From positions 60,323-124,322 of IMG/VR virus record IMGVR_UViG_3300035698_018475: a stretch of DNA of 64,000 nt. One strand, given 5' to 3'. Below, one piece after another: positions 30,369 through 39,397 of this stretch. The notes below the pieces were generated by a model. That model worked only from the letters and a program-made list of their open reading frames with translations, made no database searches and was not told where the DNA came from. Positions within the stretch are counted from its first letter, which is position 1, and each line of letters opens with the position of its first letter. This DNA comes from a virus. The position numbers and the translations under genes are program-made.

Positions 30369-31379
30369 ATGGGTTATATTAGAAGACATGTTAGGAGGAA
30401 TCGTCGTACGGCTGGTCGTGGTAGTAGTACCACCGCTCGTACTCATAAGTCTTCTGTGGAGTCATCAGTAAGTGTAAAGAAAGAAGAATCAGTTATTTTG
30501 GATAGTTATATGGGAGAAGCTTTTGTAAATAAAGAAGATATAAAAATGAGTTGTAAAAAACCAGTTATCAGTATTTATACACCAAGTATACGACCTTGGT
30601 TTTGGGCAAGGATGTATAATTCCCTACTTTCAAGTTCCATACCATTTGAAATTATTTTTGTTGGTCCTAAAAGATCTTGTTATAAAATACCACCAAACAT
30701 ACATCATATTCGTTCTAATGTCAAACCAGCTCAATGTGCTGAGATTGGTTTGCGAGCTTGTAAAGGTGAATATTGTATGTTTGCCCAGGATGATATAGTT
30801 TTTAGTAAGAACGCTTTAGATATTTTATATGAAACTGCAGTTTCAGAAGGTGATGATGTTGTAGTGTCTTGTATTCCTTTTGTTAATGGGAAGAGGTATA
30901 ATACTTCCTACTACAGATTTTTTCCGGTAGAAGATAAGAATAAAATTCATAAGAAAAATAGTCCTATTATTCCTCTTTGTGGTATATATAATCTAGATGT
31001 TGTACGAGAATTGGGTGGAGTAGATAGGAATTTTATCAGTTCTTTTTGGGACATTGATTTAGTTATGAGGTTCTATGAAGCTGGTGGAAGAGCAATTTTC
31101 TCTGAATCTGCAGGAGCCAATGAAATTATTATTTCCCCATTAGGGAGATTAGGATGTGAAGGATTAAAAGATCGAACTTTAATAGAGGCATTATGGACCT
31201 TGAAGCATAAAGAGTATAATGCTTTAAGTCATACTACTAGAGAGAGTATAGAGATTATACATTTTGATCCAAACATACATGTTGGAATTATTCTCAAGCA
31301 TAGGACTCATCCAGTCGGATCTTTTAGAGATCATAATCTTTTAACGGTTTCTCAAGGTCCAAAAGGTAGATGGGTATGA
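30369..31379 (+). CDS. GT-A-like paralog family member 7 with Arg-rich N-terminal extension (alternative start 30546)
   Basis: Same motifs; MGYIRRHVRRNRR leader. Confidence 0.7.
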   Translation: MGYIRRHVRRNRRTAGRGSSTTARTHKSSVESSVSVKKEESVILDSYMGEAFVNKEDIKMSCKKPVISIYTPSIRPWFWARMYNSLLSSSIPFEIIFVGPKRSCYKIPPNIHHIRSNVKPAQCAEIGLRACKGEYCMFAQDDIVFSKNALDILYETAVSEGDDVVVSCIPFVNGKRYNTSYYRFFPVEDKNKIHKKNSPIIPLCGIYNLDVVRELGGVDRNFISSFWDIDLVMRFYEAGGRAIFSESAGANEIIISPLGRLGCEGLKDRTLIEALWTLKHKEYNALSHTTRESIEIIHFDPNIHVGIILKHRTHPVGSFRDHNLLTVSQGPKGRWV

Positions 31380-32218
31380 AACCAGTTATTAGTATATACA
31401 CACCAAGTATTCACCCAGAGTTTTGGATGAATATGTACAATTCTTTACTGGGTAATTCTATCTCCTTCGAGTTGATATTTGTTGGTCCAATTTCTCCTGA
31501 TTACGATCTCCCTGCAAACATCCATCATATATATACTGAAGTCAAACCAGCTCAATGTGCAGAAATAGGTTTTAGAGCCTGTAAAGGTGAGTTCTGTATG
31601 TTTATAGCTGATGATATAACTTTTAGTGAAAATGCTTTAGGTATTTTATATGAAATCTCAGTTTCAGAAGGTGAAGATGTTGTAGTATCTTGTGTACCAT
31701 CTGTAAATGGTACACTTATTGATACTTCTTACTACAGATTCTTCCCAATAGGACCAGAATCGGTTACTCGCAAAAAAGATAGTCCCATAACTCCTTTAGG
31801 AGGATTATATAGGAAGGATACCATAAAAGAGTTAGGAGGAATTGATAAGAACTTTGTCTCTGTTATTTGGGATTTTGATATAGTTATGAGATTTTATGAA
31901 CAGGGTGGAAGAGCAATGTTTTGTCCTCAAGCGATTGCTGATGAGACTGTCGTATGTGAGAGAAGTAGACTAATTGCCGAAGCAGCAGTAGATCGTACTT
32001 TACTGAACCATTTATGGTTGATCAATTATCACGATTATATGAGTATGAGCGAAGAGCAGATAAATGAACTTGAAGTTTGTTACGTAGATGATTACCAGAT
32101 AGTGGATTCTATAGGTCATGCGGGAGTTATTCTCAAACATAGAACCCGTCCTGTTGAACCTTTTGAAGATAAAGATTTACTAACTATATCTCAAGGACCT
32201 AAAGGAAGATGGGTATGA
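31370..32218 (+). CDS. GT-A-like paralog family member 8
   Basis: Same motifs; IADD. Confidence 0.7.
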   Translation: MGMKPVISIYTPSIHPEFWMNMYNSLLGNSISFELIFVGPISPDYDLPANIHHIYTEVKPAQCAEIGFRACKGEFCMFIADDITFSENALGILYEISVSEGEDVVVSCVPSVNGTLIDTSYYRFFPIGPESVTRKKDSPITPLGGLYRKDTIKELGGIDKNFVSVIWDFDIVMRFYEQGGRAMFCPQAIADETVVCERSRLIAEAAVDRTLLNHLWLINYHDYMSMSEEQINELEVCYVDDYQIVDSIGHAGVILKHRTRPVEPFEDKDLLTISQGPKGRWV

Positions 32219-33051
32219 AACCTGTAATAAGTATATATGCGCCCAGTATTCACCCAGAGTTTTGGATGAATATGTACAATTCTTTACTGGGTAATTCTAT
32301 TTCGTTTGAGTTGATATTTGTTGGTCCAGCCCCTCCTGATTATACTTTGCCTCCAAATACCCATCATATTAACAGTCCTGTTAAGCCTGTACAGTGTGCA
32401 GAGATTGGTCTTAGGGCCTGTCAAGGCGAATTTTGTATGTTCATGGCTGATGATATTGTTTTCAGTGAGAAGGCTTTGGACATTTTATATGAGTTTAGTA
32501 TATCATATGGTGAAGATGTAGTTGTATCTTGTGTACCGTCCCTTAATGGTAGACTTATTGATACTTCTTATTATCGTTTCTTCCCGGTTGATAATACTGG
32601 TATTCCCATCCATAGGAGAGATAGTCCTATAACTCCCATAGGAGGATTGTATAGAAAAAGTACTATAATAGAATTGGGTGGAGTAGATAGGAATTTTATC
32701 AGTTCTTTTTGGGATGTTGATTTATCTATGAGGTTTTATGAAGCTGGTGGGAAAGCACTATTTTGTCCTGCGGCGGTTGCTGATGAGATTATTCTGACTG
32801 AAAGGGGAAGATTAGCTTTACTGGGAGCAACAGATCGTCTTTTACTGGAAGAATTATGGACCATGCTTTATGATGATTATATGGATATGAGTGAAGAAGA
32901 GAGAAGTAAAATTGAGGTTTGTCATGTTGATGAGCATTTATCAGTAGGAGTTATTCTCAAACATAGAACTCATCCAGTTGAACCTTTTGAGGATTATAAT
33001 CTAATGACTGTATCACAGGGTCCTAAGGGATTAGAATGTAGATGGCCATGA
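32209..33051 (+). CDS. GT-A-like paralog family member 9
   Basis: Same motifs; MADD. Confidence 0.7.
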   Translation: MGMKPVISIYAPSIHPEFWMNMYNSLLGNSISFELIFVGPAPPDYTLPPNTHHINSPVKPVQCAEIGLRACQGEFCMFMADDIVFSEKALDILYEFSISYGEDVVVSCVPSLNGRLIDTSYYRFFPVDNTGIPIHRRDSPITPIGGLYRKSTIIELGGVDRNFISSFWDVDLSMRFYEAGGKALFCPAAVADEIILTERGRLALLGATDRLLLEELWTMLYDDYMDMSEEERSKIEVCHVDEHLSVGVILKHRTHPVEPFEDYNLMTVSQGPKGLECRWP

Positions 33052-34469
33052 GAGTTCTTTTTGTTGTAGCACAATTAGATTTTGCCGATCATATAGCAGT
33101 GGCTTATCTGTCTGCAGTGGCGAAGCAATTAGAATGGGATACCTCTTTTTGTAACTTAGCAACTGATGATCTTAATTGGATGTTAGCTTATTTTGCTCCA
33201 GCAGTTGTGGCTTATTCAGCAAATATCATGGGATTTAGAAAGTTGGTAGAAGCACACGAACTTGTTGCTAAATTACGGGTCCAAACAGTTTCTATCATGG
33301 GTGGTCCTCATCCAACAGTATCTCCTGAGACTTTTCTTGAGAGTGGGATGGATGCTTATTGTATAGGAGAAGGAGAAGGTGCTTTCAAAGATTTTCTTAT
33401 AGCAGTAGAAAGTGGTCAACCCTTTTATGATATTCCAAATCTCATAACCAAATGTACTGCTCACCCTGGTTGGCAACAAAATGAAGTTCGTCCTACAATA
33501 AAAAATTTGGATTCCTTACCAATGCCAGATAGGGATCTAACTATTGCTAATTCTTTTCTTCGGGATGTACCTAAAAAGACTTTTTACGCAACTCGTGGTT
33601 GTCCTTTCCAATGTAATTACTGTTGCAATAATCACTATCATAAATTATACAAAGGGAAGGGACCATTGGTTAGAAGATTTTCAGTGGATCGTCTTATTGA
33701 TGAGATCCTAGATGTTAAGTCCAAATATAGAATGGACTTCGTCAAGTTCGGGGATGATCTTTTTGCTACAAAAGCAGATGAGTGGATGTATAAATTTGCC
33801 ATTGCTTATAGTACAGAAGTGAGTATCCCTTTTAATTGCTATCTGCGTTTTGATAGGGTGGATAAAGATCTGTTAAGGTTGTTGAAGGAAGCGGGTTGCT
33901 ATTCTGTTCACTTATCTGTTGATAGTACTTCTCAATATATTCGAGAAACTGTATTGAATAGGCAGATGAAGGACGTTAATATAGTTGGTACTTTGAAGAT
34001 GATACAAGATATGGGTCTGAGGAGTTGGGTGAATTTCATGCTTGCCCTTCCTGAATCTACCCTACAAAATGATTTAGATGCTATCAAAGTTTGTAGAGAA
34101 GCAAAAGTTACTTATGCATCCTATACTACTACTGATCCCATGAGAGGTACTAAATTGTTTGATTCGTGTGTAGAGAAGGGATATATAGATAAGGATTATG
34201 AAGGGGATATGACTAAGTTATGGGAGAGGTCTCCTTTATCTTGTTTCAGTAAGAAAGAGAAGAATATAAGATACAATATATATTTTCTCGGTTCTTTCAT
34301 TACTAAACTACCCCTATCACTATATAAGTTTGGGCTGTTTCTAATAAAACATGTTCCTCCAAATCCATTATTCAGATGGATTCATAATTGGTATTATCGT
34401 TACAGTATCACACATACAATCTTTCAATTACCGAAAGGAGAGATATGGAAACTGAAGAATCAAAGTTAG
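33042..34469 (+). CDS. Cobalamin-binding radical SAM enzyme (class B methyltransferase-like)
   Basis: GGPHPT...GEGE B12 domain; RGCPFQCNYC CxxxCxxC motif. Confidence 0.85.
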   Translation: MAMRVLFVVAQLDFADHIAVAYLSAVAKQLEWDTSFCNLATDDLNWMLAYFAPAVVAYSANIMGFRKLVEAHELVAKLRVQTVSIMGGPHPTVSPETFLESGMDAYCIGEGEGAFKDFLIAVESGQPFYDIPNLITKCTAHPGWQQNEVRPTIKNLDSLPMPDRDLTIANSFLRDVPKKTFYATRGCPFQCNYCCNNHYHKLYKGKGPLVRRFSVDRLIDEILDVKSKYRMDFVKFGDDLFATKADEWMYKFAIAYSTEVSIPFNCYLRFDRVDKDLLRLLKEAGCYSVHLSVDSTSQYIRETVLNRQMKDVNIVGTLKMIQDMGLRSWVNFMLALPESTLQNDLDAIKVCREAKVTYASYTTTDPMRGTKLFDSCVEKGYIDKDYEGDMTKLWERSPLSCFSKKEKNIRYNIYFLGSFITKLPLSLYKFGLFLIKHVPPNPLFRWIHNWYYRYSITHTIFQLPKGEIWKLKNQS

Positions 34470-34996
34470 TGGTACAGGGAACAAAATTACCCGGAGTCCT
34501 TCTATTTAAGAGAGAGGCGTTTGAAGACCATCGTGGGAGTTATGAACCATTGTGGAATCTACCGGTATATGAAGATATAATTCAAAAGATGTGTCATGTA
34601 AGACTATCTTTTAAGGAGGACGACATTGCAGTATCTACTAGAGGGGTTCTGCGTGGTTTACATGGGGATGATAGGACTTGGAAACTAGTAACTTGTTTGA
34701 AGGGGAAGTATTACATAATTGTTGCTTGTTATGATCAGGCATCTCCTAACTGTTTTGATTGGGAATCTTTTGTTCTATCAGATAGTAATAAGTTACAACT
34801 ATTGATTCCTCCTCATTATGGTCATGGTTATTGTGTTATGAGTGAGGAAGCTATTTTCCACTACAAGCAATCCTGTATTTACCAGGGTATGAGTGAGCAG
34901 TTTACAATAAGATATGATGATTCCAGATTTGGTTTTTGGTGGCCTATACAAAATCCTATTTTGTCCTTAAGAGATTCGAAAGGTGAAACAGTATGA
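34445..34996 (+). CDS. dTDP-4-dehydrorhamnose 3,5-epimerase (RmlC-like cupin)
   Basis: FEDHRG, STRGVLRGLH, LLIPPHYGHG, LSLRD. Confidence 0.85.
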   Translation: METEESKLVVQGTKLPGVLLFKREAFEDHRGSYEPLWNLPVYEDIIQKMCHVRLSFKEDDIAVSTRGVLRGLHGDDRTWKLVTCLKGKYYIIVACYDQASPNCFDWESFVLSDSNKLQLLIPPHYGHGYCVMSEEAIFHYKQSCIYQGMSEQFTIRYDDSRFGFWWPIQNPILSLRDSKGETV

Positions 34997-35958
34997 ACAA
35001 GTTTTATGAGGGAAAGAGAGTCCTAGTTACCGGAGCATCTGGATTGAGTGGATCGCATCTTATGTATTCCCTTCTAAAAGCAGGTGCTCACGTAAGAGTT
35101 GTTGAACATGTTAAACTTATTGAAGATACTGCTCCTAATCTAGAAATCTTCAAAGGTGGATTGTGCAATATAGATAGTTGTAAAGATGCTGTGAAAGACA
35201 TTGATTTTGTGTTCCACTGTGCTGCAGTAACTTCTGGTGCTATGGATATAGTTAATAATCCGGCTAAACATATAACTCCCAATCTTATTATGTGCTCCAG
35301 GATGTTGGAATGTGCTGCTGCAGTGGGGGTCAAACGCTTTTTGTTCATGAGTAGTTCCACAGTGTATCCTGATTGTACTGATGCAATGAGAGAACCAGAT
35401 GCTTGGACTGAGGATGTTCATCCCGCTTACCAGGCTGTGGGATGGATGAAGAGATATGTGGAAAAGTTGTGTGAGTTCTATCATGATAGAACTGATATGA
35501 AGGTCTGTATAGTCCGTCCTGCAAACATATATGGTCCGGGAGATGATTTCGATCTGGAGACTGCACATGTACTTCCTGCACTCATTCATAAAGTAGTAAG
35601 AGGGGATAATCCTTTGGAAGTTTGGGGCACTGGGGATGATATAAGAGAATTCATTTATGTGGGAGATATAGTACGGGGAATGATACTTGCTTTGGAAAAG
35701 TATTGTTGTGGGAAACCAATCAATCTAGGTTCGGAAGAAACTACTTCTATCAGAGAAATTGTTCGTTTCATAGTTTCTTTTTGCGAAACTAATACTAAAA
35801 TTGTATTTGATCCTTCCAAACCCAGTACTATACCAATAAGAAGATTGGATTCTTCTCTGGCAAAAGCGGTTCTGGGTTTTGAACCAATTACAAGTTTGCA
35901 TAATAATCTGATGCAAACTATTAACTGGTATAAAGAACATAAGGAGAGTCACGGATGA
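34993..35958 (+). CDS. GDP-L-fucose synthase-like extended SDR, copy 2
   Basis: TGASGLSG, RPANIYGPGDDF, HVLPALI, WGTGDDIREF. Confidence 0.8.
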   Translation: MNKFYEGKRVLVTGASGLSGSHLMYSLLKAGAHVRVVEHVKLIEDTAPNLEIFKGGLCNIDSCKDAVKDIDFVFHCAAVTSGAMDIVNNPAKHITPNLIMCSRMLECAAAVGVKRFLFMSSSTVYPDCTDAMREPDAWTEDVHPAYQAVGWMKRYVEKLCEFYHDRTDMKVCIVRPANIYGPGDDFDLETAHVLPALIHKVVRGDNPLEVWGTGDDIREFIYVGDIVRGMILALEKYCCGKPINLGSEETTSIREIVRFIVSFCETNTKIVFDPSKPSTIPIRRLDSSLAKAVLGFEPITSLHNNLMQTINWYKEHKESHG

Positions 35959-36419
35959 TAAGTAAAGAAAGACTATGGTTACCACATTTTGGAGAGTTAA
36001 TTGATAGGTTATGTATTCATCAACTAAAAGAAGTGAATATCCCGGAGCATAAAGATAGGTATTCTGTTGAGATGGTGCAGATAATGAATGATATTGATCT
36101 GCTTATCAAAGAGATGGATGTTCAAACTTCTGCAGAACTAATAAGAGCTATAATAGTTCTCGCCCAGATAAATACGCATATTTGGAATAATGAGAGTAAT
36201 GCAAGAAAAGGGGGAACCCAAGATCTAAAACTTCTTGAACTCACTCATGGGTTAAACGGCATACGAAATAGCACACAAAACTTTATCCTGGAACTTATAG
36301 GACAGTTGGATAGAAAAGATTACAAAACTGATTGTCTGGCAGCGGAATTCAAAGACTGGGAGATTAGTTTAGACCGATATGGAGAAGAGAGTACAAATGA
36401 AGATATCTCTGCTGGTTAA
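35955..36419 (+). CDS. Hypothetical helical protein within the sugar cluster
   Basis: ORF coupled to both neighbours; ELIDRL.I..LK motif. Confidence 0.5.
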   Translation: MISKERLWLPHFGELIDRLCIHQLKEVNIPEHKDRYSVEMVQIMNDIDLLIKEMDVQTSAELIRAIIVLAQINTHIWNNESNARKGGTQDLKLLELTHGLNGIRNSTQNFILELIGQLDRKDYKTDCLAAEFKDWEISLDRYGEESTNEDISAG

Positions 36420-37113
36420 TTCTCGAAAAAGATGTGAATCTCTAAAGCGTATGTGGGATTCAGCCTTAGGAACTGCTTCTTACCCTAAGAGGTTAGAGTT
36501 GATTCTTTATGTGGATGATGATGATGTTGATACTCAAATGTTCTACAGTTGTAATATAAGGGATGTGAAAACTAAACTTCTTACTGGTCCTAGGAAACCG
36601 ATTATAGCGGAGTGTACAAATCTTGCTTATCAGCATAGTAGTGGTGAAATAGTTATGCTATGTACTGATGATGTTATATTCCACACTCATGGATGGGATC
36701 GATTAGTGTTTGAAGCTTTCCTGGAGTATCCAGACAGAATAGTTATGGTTTATGGGGAGGATGATATTCAGCATGGTAGCATAGCTACTCTTCCATTTGT
36801 GCATCGGAATTGGGTGGATACTGTAGGTTACTTTATACCACCACACTTTGTGAATGAGTTTGGGGATATGTGGGTATCTGATGTGGCGAAGATGATTGGT
36901 AGGAAGAAGTACATTCCTCATATGAGAATACAACACTTGTCTCCCCATAAAGGGACCATGGAAGCCGATCAAACTTTTACCGAGAGAGCAGCTATGAGTG
37001 CTGCAGTAAGACCCTGGAAGAAGTGGATGGAGTATTATCACTCTCTTCTTCCTAAACGGAAGCAGGATGCTGAGAAGTTGCAAAGTTTTATATCAGGTTT
37101 TCCAAAGAGTTAA
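36397..37113 (+). CDS. GT2-like glycosyltransferase
   Basis: LLVNSRKR, YVDDDD, CTDD, GDMW motifs. Confidence 0.8.
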   Translation: MKISLLVNSRKRCESLKRMWDSALGTASYPKRLELILYVDDDDVDTQMFYSCNIRDVKTKLLTGPRKPIIAECTNLAYQHSSGEIVMLCTDDVIFHTHGWDRLVFEAFLEYPDRIVMVYGEDDIQHGSIATLPFVHRNWVDTVGYFIPPHFVNEFGDMWVSDVAKMIGRKKYIPHMRIQHLSPHKGTMEADQTFTERAAMSAAVRPWKKWMEYYHSLLPKRKQDAEKLQSFISGFPKS

Positions 37114-37116
37114 GTT

Positions 37117-38556
37117 ATGGGATATCTTACAACTCATGCAAAAAGAAACCACGCTTCTGTAACCAGAAGAAATAAGATTAGAACTAATCCTACCCATATA
37201 GACTCCCAGAGTAGTAAAGATATATCAGAGATACTTCATGCGGGAGATTGGGCGGGAAAGAGATGTTTTCTGTTAGGTGGGGGAGACAGTTTACGTGGTT
37301 TTGATTATACTTTCTTATCCGGAGAATTAACTATAGGAGTAAATAGGATTTTTGAAGTTTGGGATAGTACTATTAACTTTTCCATGGATATAGGTTTTTG
37401 TGAATGGTTGAATCATCATAAGACAAATCAAGAAGAGTTGGACAGGAGATTACAAAGGTGGAGAGAATTTACCGGGATAAGGTTATTCCTGGAATCCACT
37501 ACAAGAAATTATGGTCCAAATACTTATATAATCAAAAAAATGGCTGAGAGGGCAATAAGTCTTAGTCCCAAGAGGGGAATATACGGTGGGACGAATTCTG
37601 GTTTTGGTGCTCTTATGCTGGCAGTGGCTCTGGGAAGTAAAGAGATATATCTCCTTGGGTATGATATGAAAGTCCAAGGTGAATCTACTCATTGGCATGA
37701 GGGATATCCCGGTCAGTCTGCACAAAGAACCGCAAAAGTTTTAGGTAGATTTACCAAAATTTTTGAAGAGTTTAGTCCTTCTTTGGAGAGAATGGGTATA
37801 GAAGTCATTAACTTAAATCCAGATAGTGCACTAGATTGTTTTGTAAAACAAGATCTTACTTCTGTACTTACCACTAAAAGTCCTTCTTCTTCTCCTACTC
37901 ATAGTTTGACAGATACTATGGTACACCTAAGTAGTGGGGGTAATGCTAAATTCCCAGTTATAGTTTCTTTCTACACTAAAGATACCGGGTATCAGGAAGA
38001 AGCAAAGAGGTTGGCGGGTTCCCTTCGGGGACTAAACCTTGACTTTGAAATAGTGGCCATAAATGATAGAAGAAACTGGCAGGCAAATGTTCGGTATAAA
38101 CCAGTATTGATGAAGAAGATGCTAAAAAGACATCATCCAAGACCAATAGTATATGTGGATGCTGATGCTATTTTTGTACGTCATCCAGAATTGTTTCTAA
38201 ATTTAGAGACCGATCTGGCTATGCACAAAGTGAAGTGGAGTGAATATGGGAGGAATAAACCGGATGAACTTTTGGGTGGTACAATATACATGGCTAATAG
38301 TAGTCGAATAGATTCTATTCTGGATAAGTGGATACATGAGTGTGAGACTCAACCGATGTCGATATGGGATCAAAAGATACTGTATAAAATAGTGGGGGAG
38401 AATTTTTATAAGCTTCCTGCAGAATATTGTACTATATTTGATTCAATGGGAGTTAATGTACAAAATCCTGTTATATTGCATAATCAGGCAAGTAGAAGAC
38501 TAAGACATTCTCATAGGAGGATACGAAGGCCGGGAAGGAAAGTTCGTACCAGATAG
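37117..38556 (+). CDS. Fusion: Maf/DUF115-like domain plus DxD nucleotide-diphospho-sugar transferase domain
   Basis: LLGGGDSL, GGTNSG, LLGYDM then VSFYT, YVDADA, WDQ, HNQASR. Confidence 0.7.
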   Translation: MGYLTTHAKRNHASVTRRNKIRTNPTHIDSQSSKDISEILHAGDWAGKRCFLLGGGDSLRGFDYTFLSGELTIGVNRIFEVWDSTINFSMDIGFCEWLNHHKTNQEELDRRLQRWREFTGIRLFLESTTRNYGPNTYIIKKMAERAISLSPKRGIYGGTNSGFGALMLAVALGSKEIYLLGYDMKVQGESTHWHEGYPGQSAQRTAKVLGRFTKIFEEFSPSLERMGIEVINLNPDSALDCFVKQDLTSVLTTKSPSSSPTHSLTDTMVHLSSGGNAKFPVIVSFYTKDTGYQEEAKRLAGSLRGLNLDFEIVAINDRRNWQANVRYKPVLMKKMLKRHHPRPIVYVDADAIFVRHPELFLNLETDLAMHKVKWSEYGRNKPDELLGGTIYMANSSRIDSILDKWIHECETQPMSIWDQKILYKIVGENFYKLPAEYCTIFDSMGVNVQNPVILHNQASRRLRHSHRRIRRPGRKVRTR

Positions 38557-38618
38557 GAATTCATTTAGGTATCTCCACCCCGACGGCTCGGATGTGGGGT
38601 ATAGGAAGAAATTCTTAT

Positions 38619-38644
38619 GCCCCCCTCCGGGCTTTCTTATTTTT
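38619..38644 (+). terminator. Possible terminator at the convergence of the + and - blocks
   Basis: GCCC-6nt-GGGC followed by TTTCTTATTTTT; a further hairpin lies at 38576-38600. Confidence 0.4.
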
Positions 38645-38801
38645 GAATAAGAGTACACTGATCTTCATCAACTACAATTGGATCACTATATAAAGGTTCG
38701 AATTGTATTGCTAATTTCCTGCTAGGAGAATCAGAATTTATTTCCACTACTTTTCCTTTGACGTTTACACCATCTCCAATCTTTATACATTCTTTACTCA
38801 T
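38637..38801 (-). CDS. Small beta-rich protein (54 aa), missed by the ORF track
   Basis: MSKECIKIGDGVNVKGKVVEINSD...; AAGGAGAAG RBS. Confidence 0.65.
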   Translation of the reverse strand: MSKECIKIGDGVNVKGKVVEINSDSPSRKLAIQFEPLYSDPIVVDEDQCTLIQK

Positions 38802-38875
38802 TTCTTCTCCTTTACTGGTGCCAGGCTTACTTGATCCCTCCCAGGATCTGATTTAAGCGTGTTTTTCCATTGATT

Positions 38876-39397
38876 TTACTCATGACACCCTGTTTTGATA
38901 ATAGTCCTTAATTTCCGTTCTATTTCGATTCCTTCCCGGGAATTCAATTGTAGGACCTCTCTTATATAGGATCTGATTTTTTTGAAGTTACTACCCACTA
39001 ATTCAGAGATTGGCATTGGTGGTTTTATAAGAAATAGTAGATAAGTCATTTCCAGGGAAGTCACTTGTTTGTTGAAATCTATCAATACATCAAAAGCACT
39101 TGGTTGTACTATATTTGAAAGTGAAGTTGTGTTGTTCTCAATATTTACACATTTATAAGATTTTCTTACTATTATACTATATTTATTTTTCAAACTTCTT
39201 TTTAATAAAGCAGGAAAAGGACCTATTTCTTTTTTATACTTATCTCGAGTAGAGAGAAATACTACTATTCCTTCGTTTATAAGATCTTGAATTTCATAAT
39301 GAATGGTGGGTTTTTTTAGTTTGATTAAACAGACACGAGCATATTGTTCTATAATATCAATATAGTCACTCAGTGCTATTCTTTCTTCTTGGTGCAT
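38876..39397 (-). CDS. Phage sigma70-family factor (region 2-like)
   Basis: EIQDLINEGIVVFL...KY...FPALL resembles the DLxQEG region 2 motif. Confidence 0.55.
   Translation of the reverse strand: MHQEERIALSDYIDIIEQYARVCLIKLKKPTIHYEIQDLINEGIVVFLSTRDKYKKEIGPFPALLKRSLKNKYSIIVRKSYKCVNIENNTTSLSNIVQPSAFDVLIDFNKQVTSLEMTYLLFLIKPPMPISELVGSNFKKIRSYIREVLQLNSREGIEIERKLRTIIKTGCHE

Noticed and set aside
28019-33051. Diversity-generating retroelement explaining near-identical tracts
   Set aside because: No reverse transcriptase in the window, mismatches are not adenine-specific, and all copies are intact ORFs.
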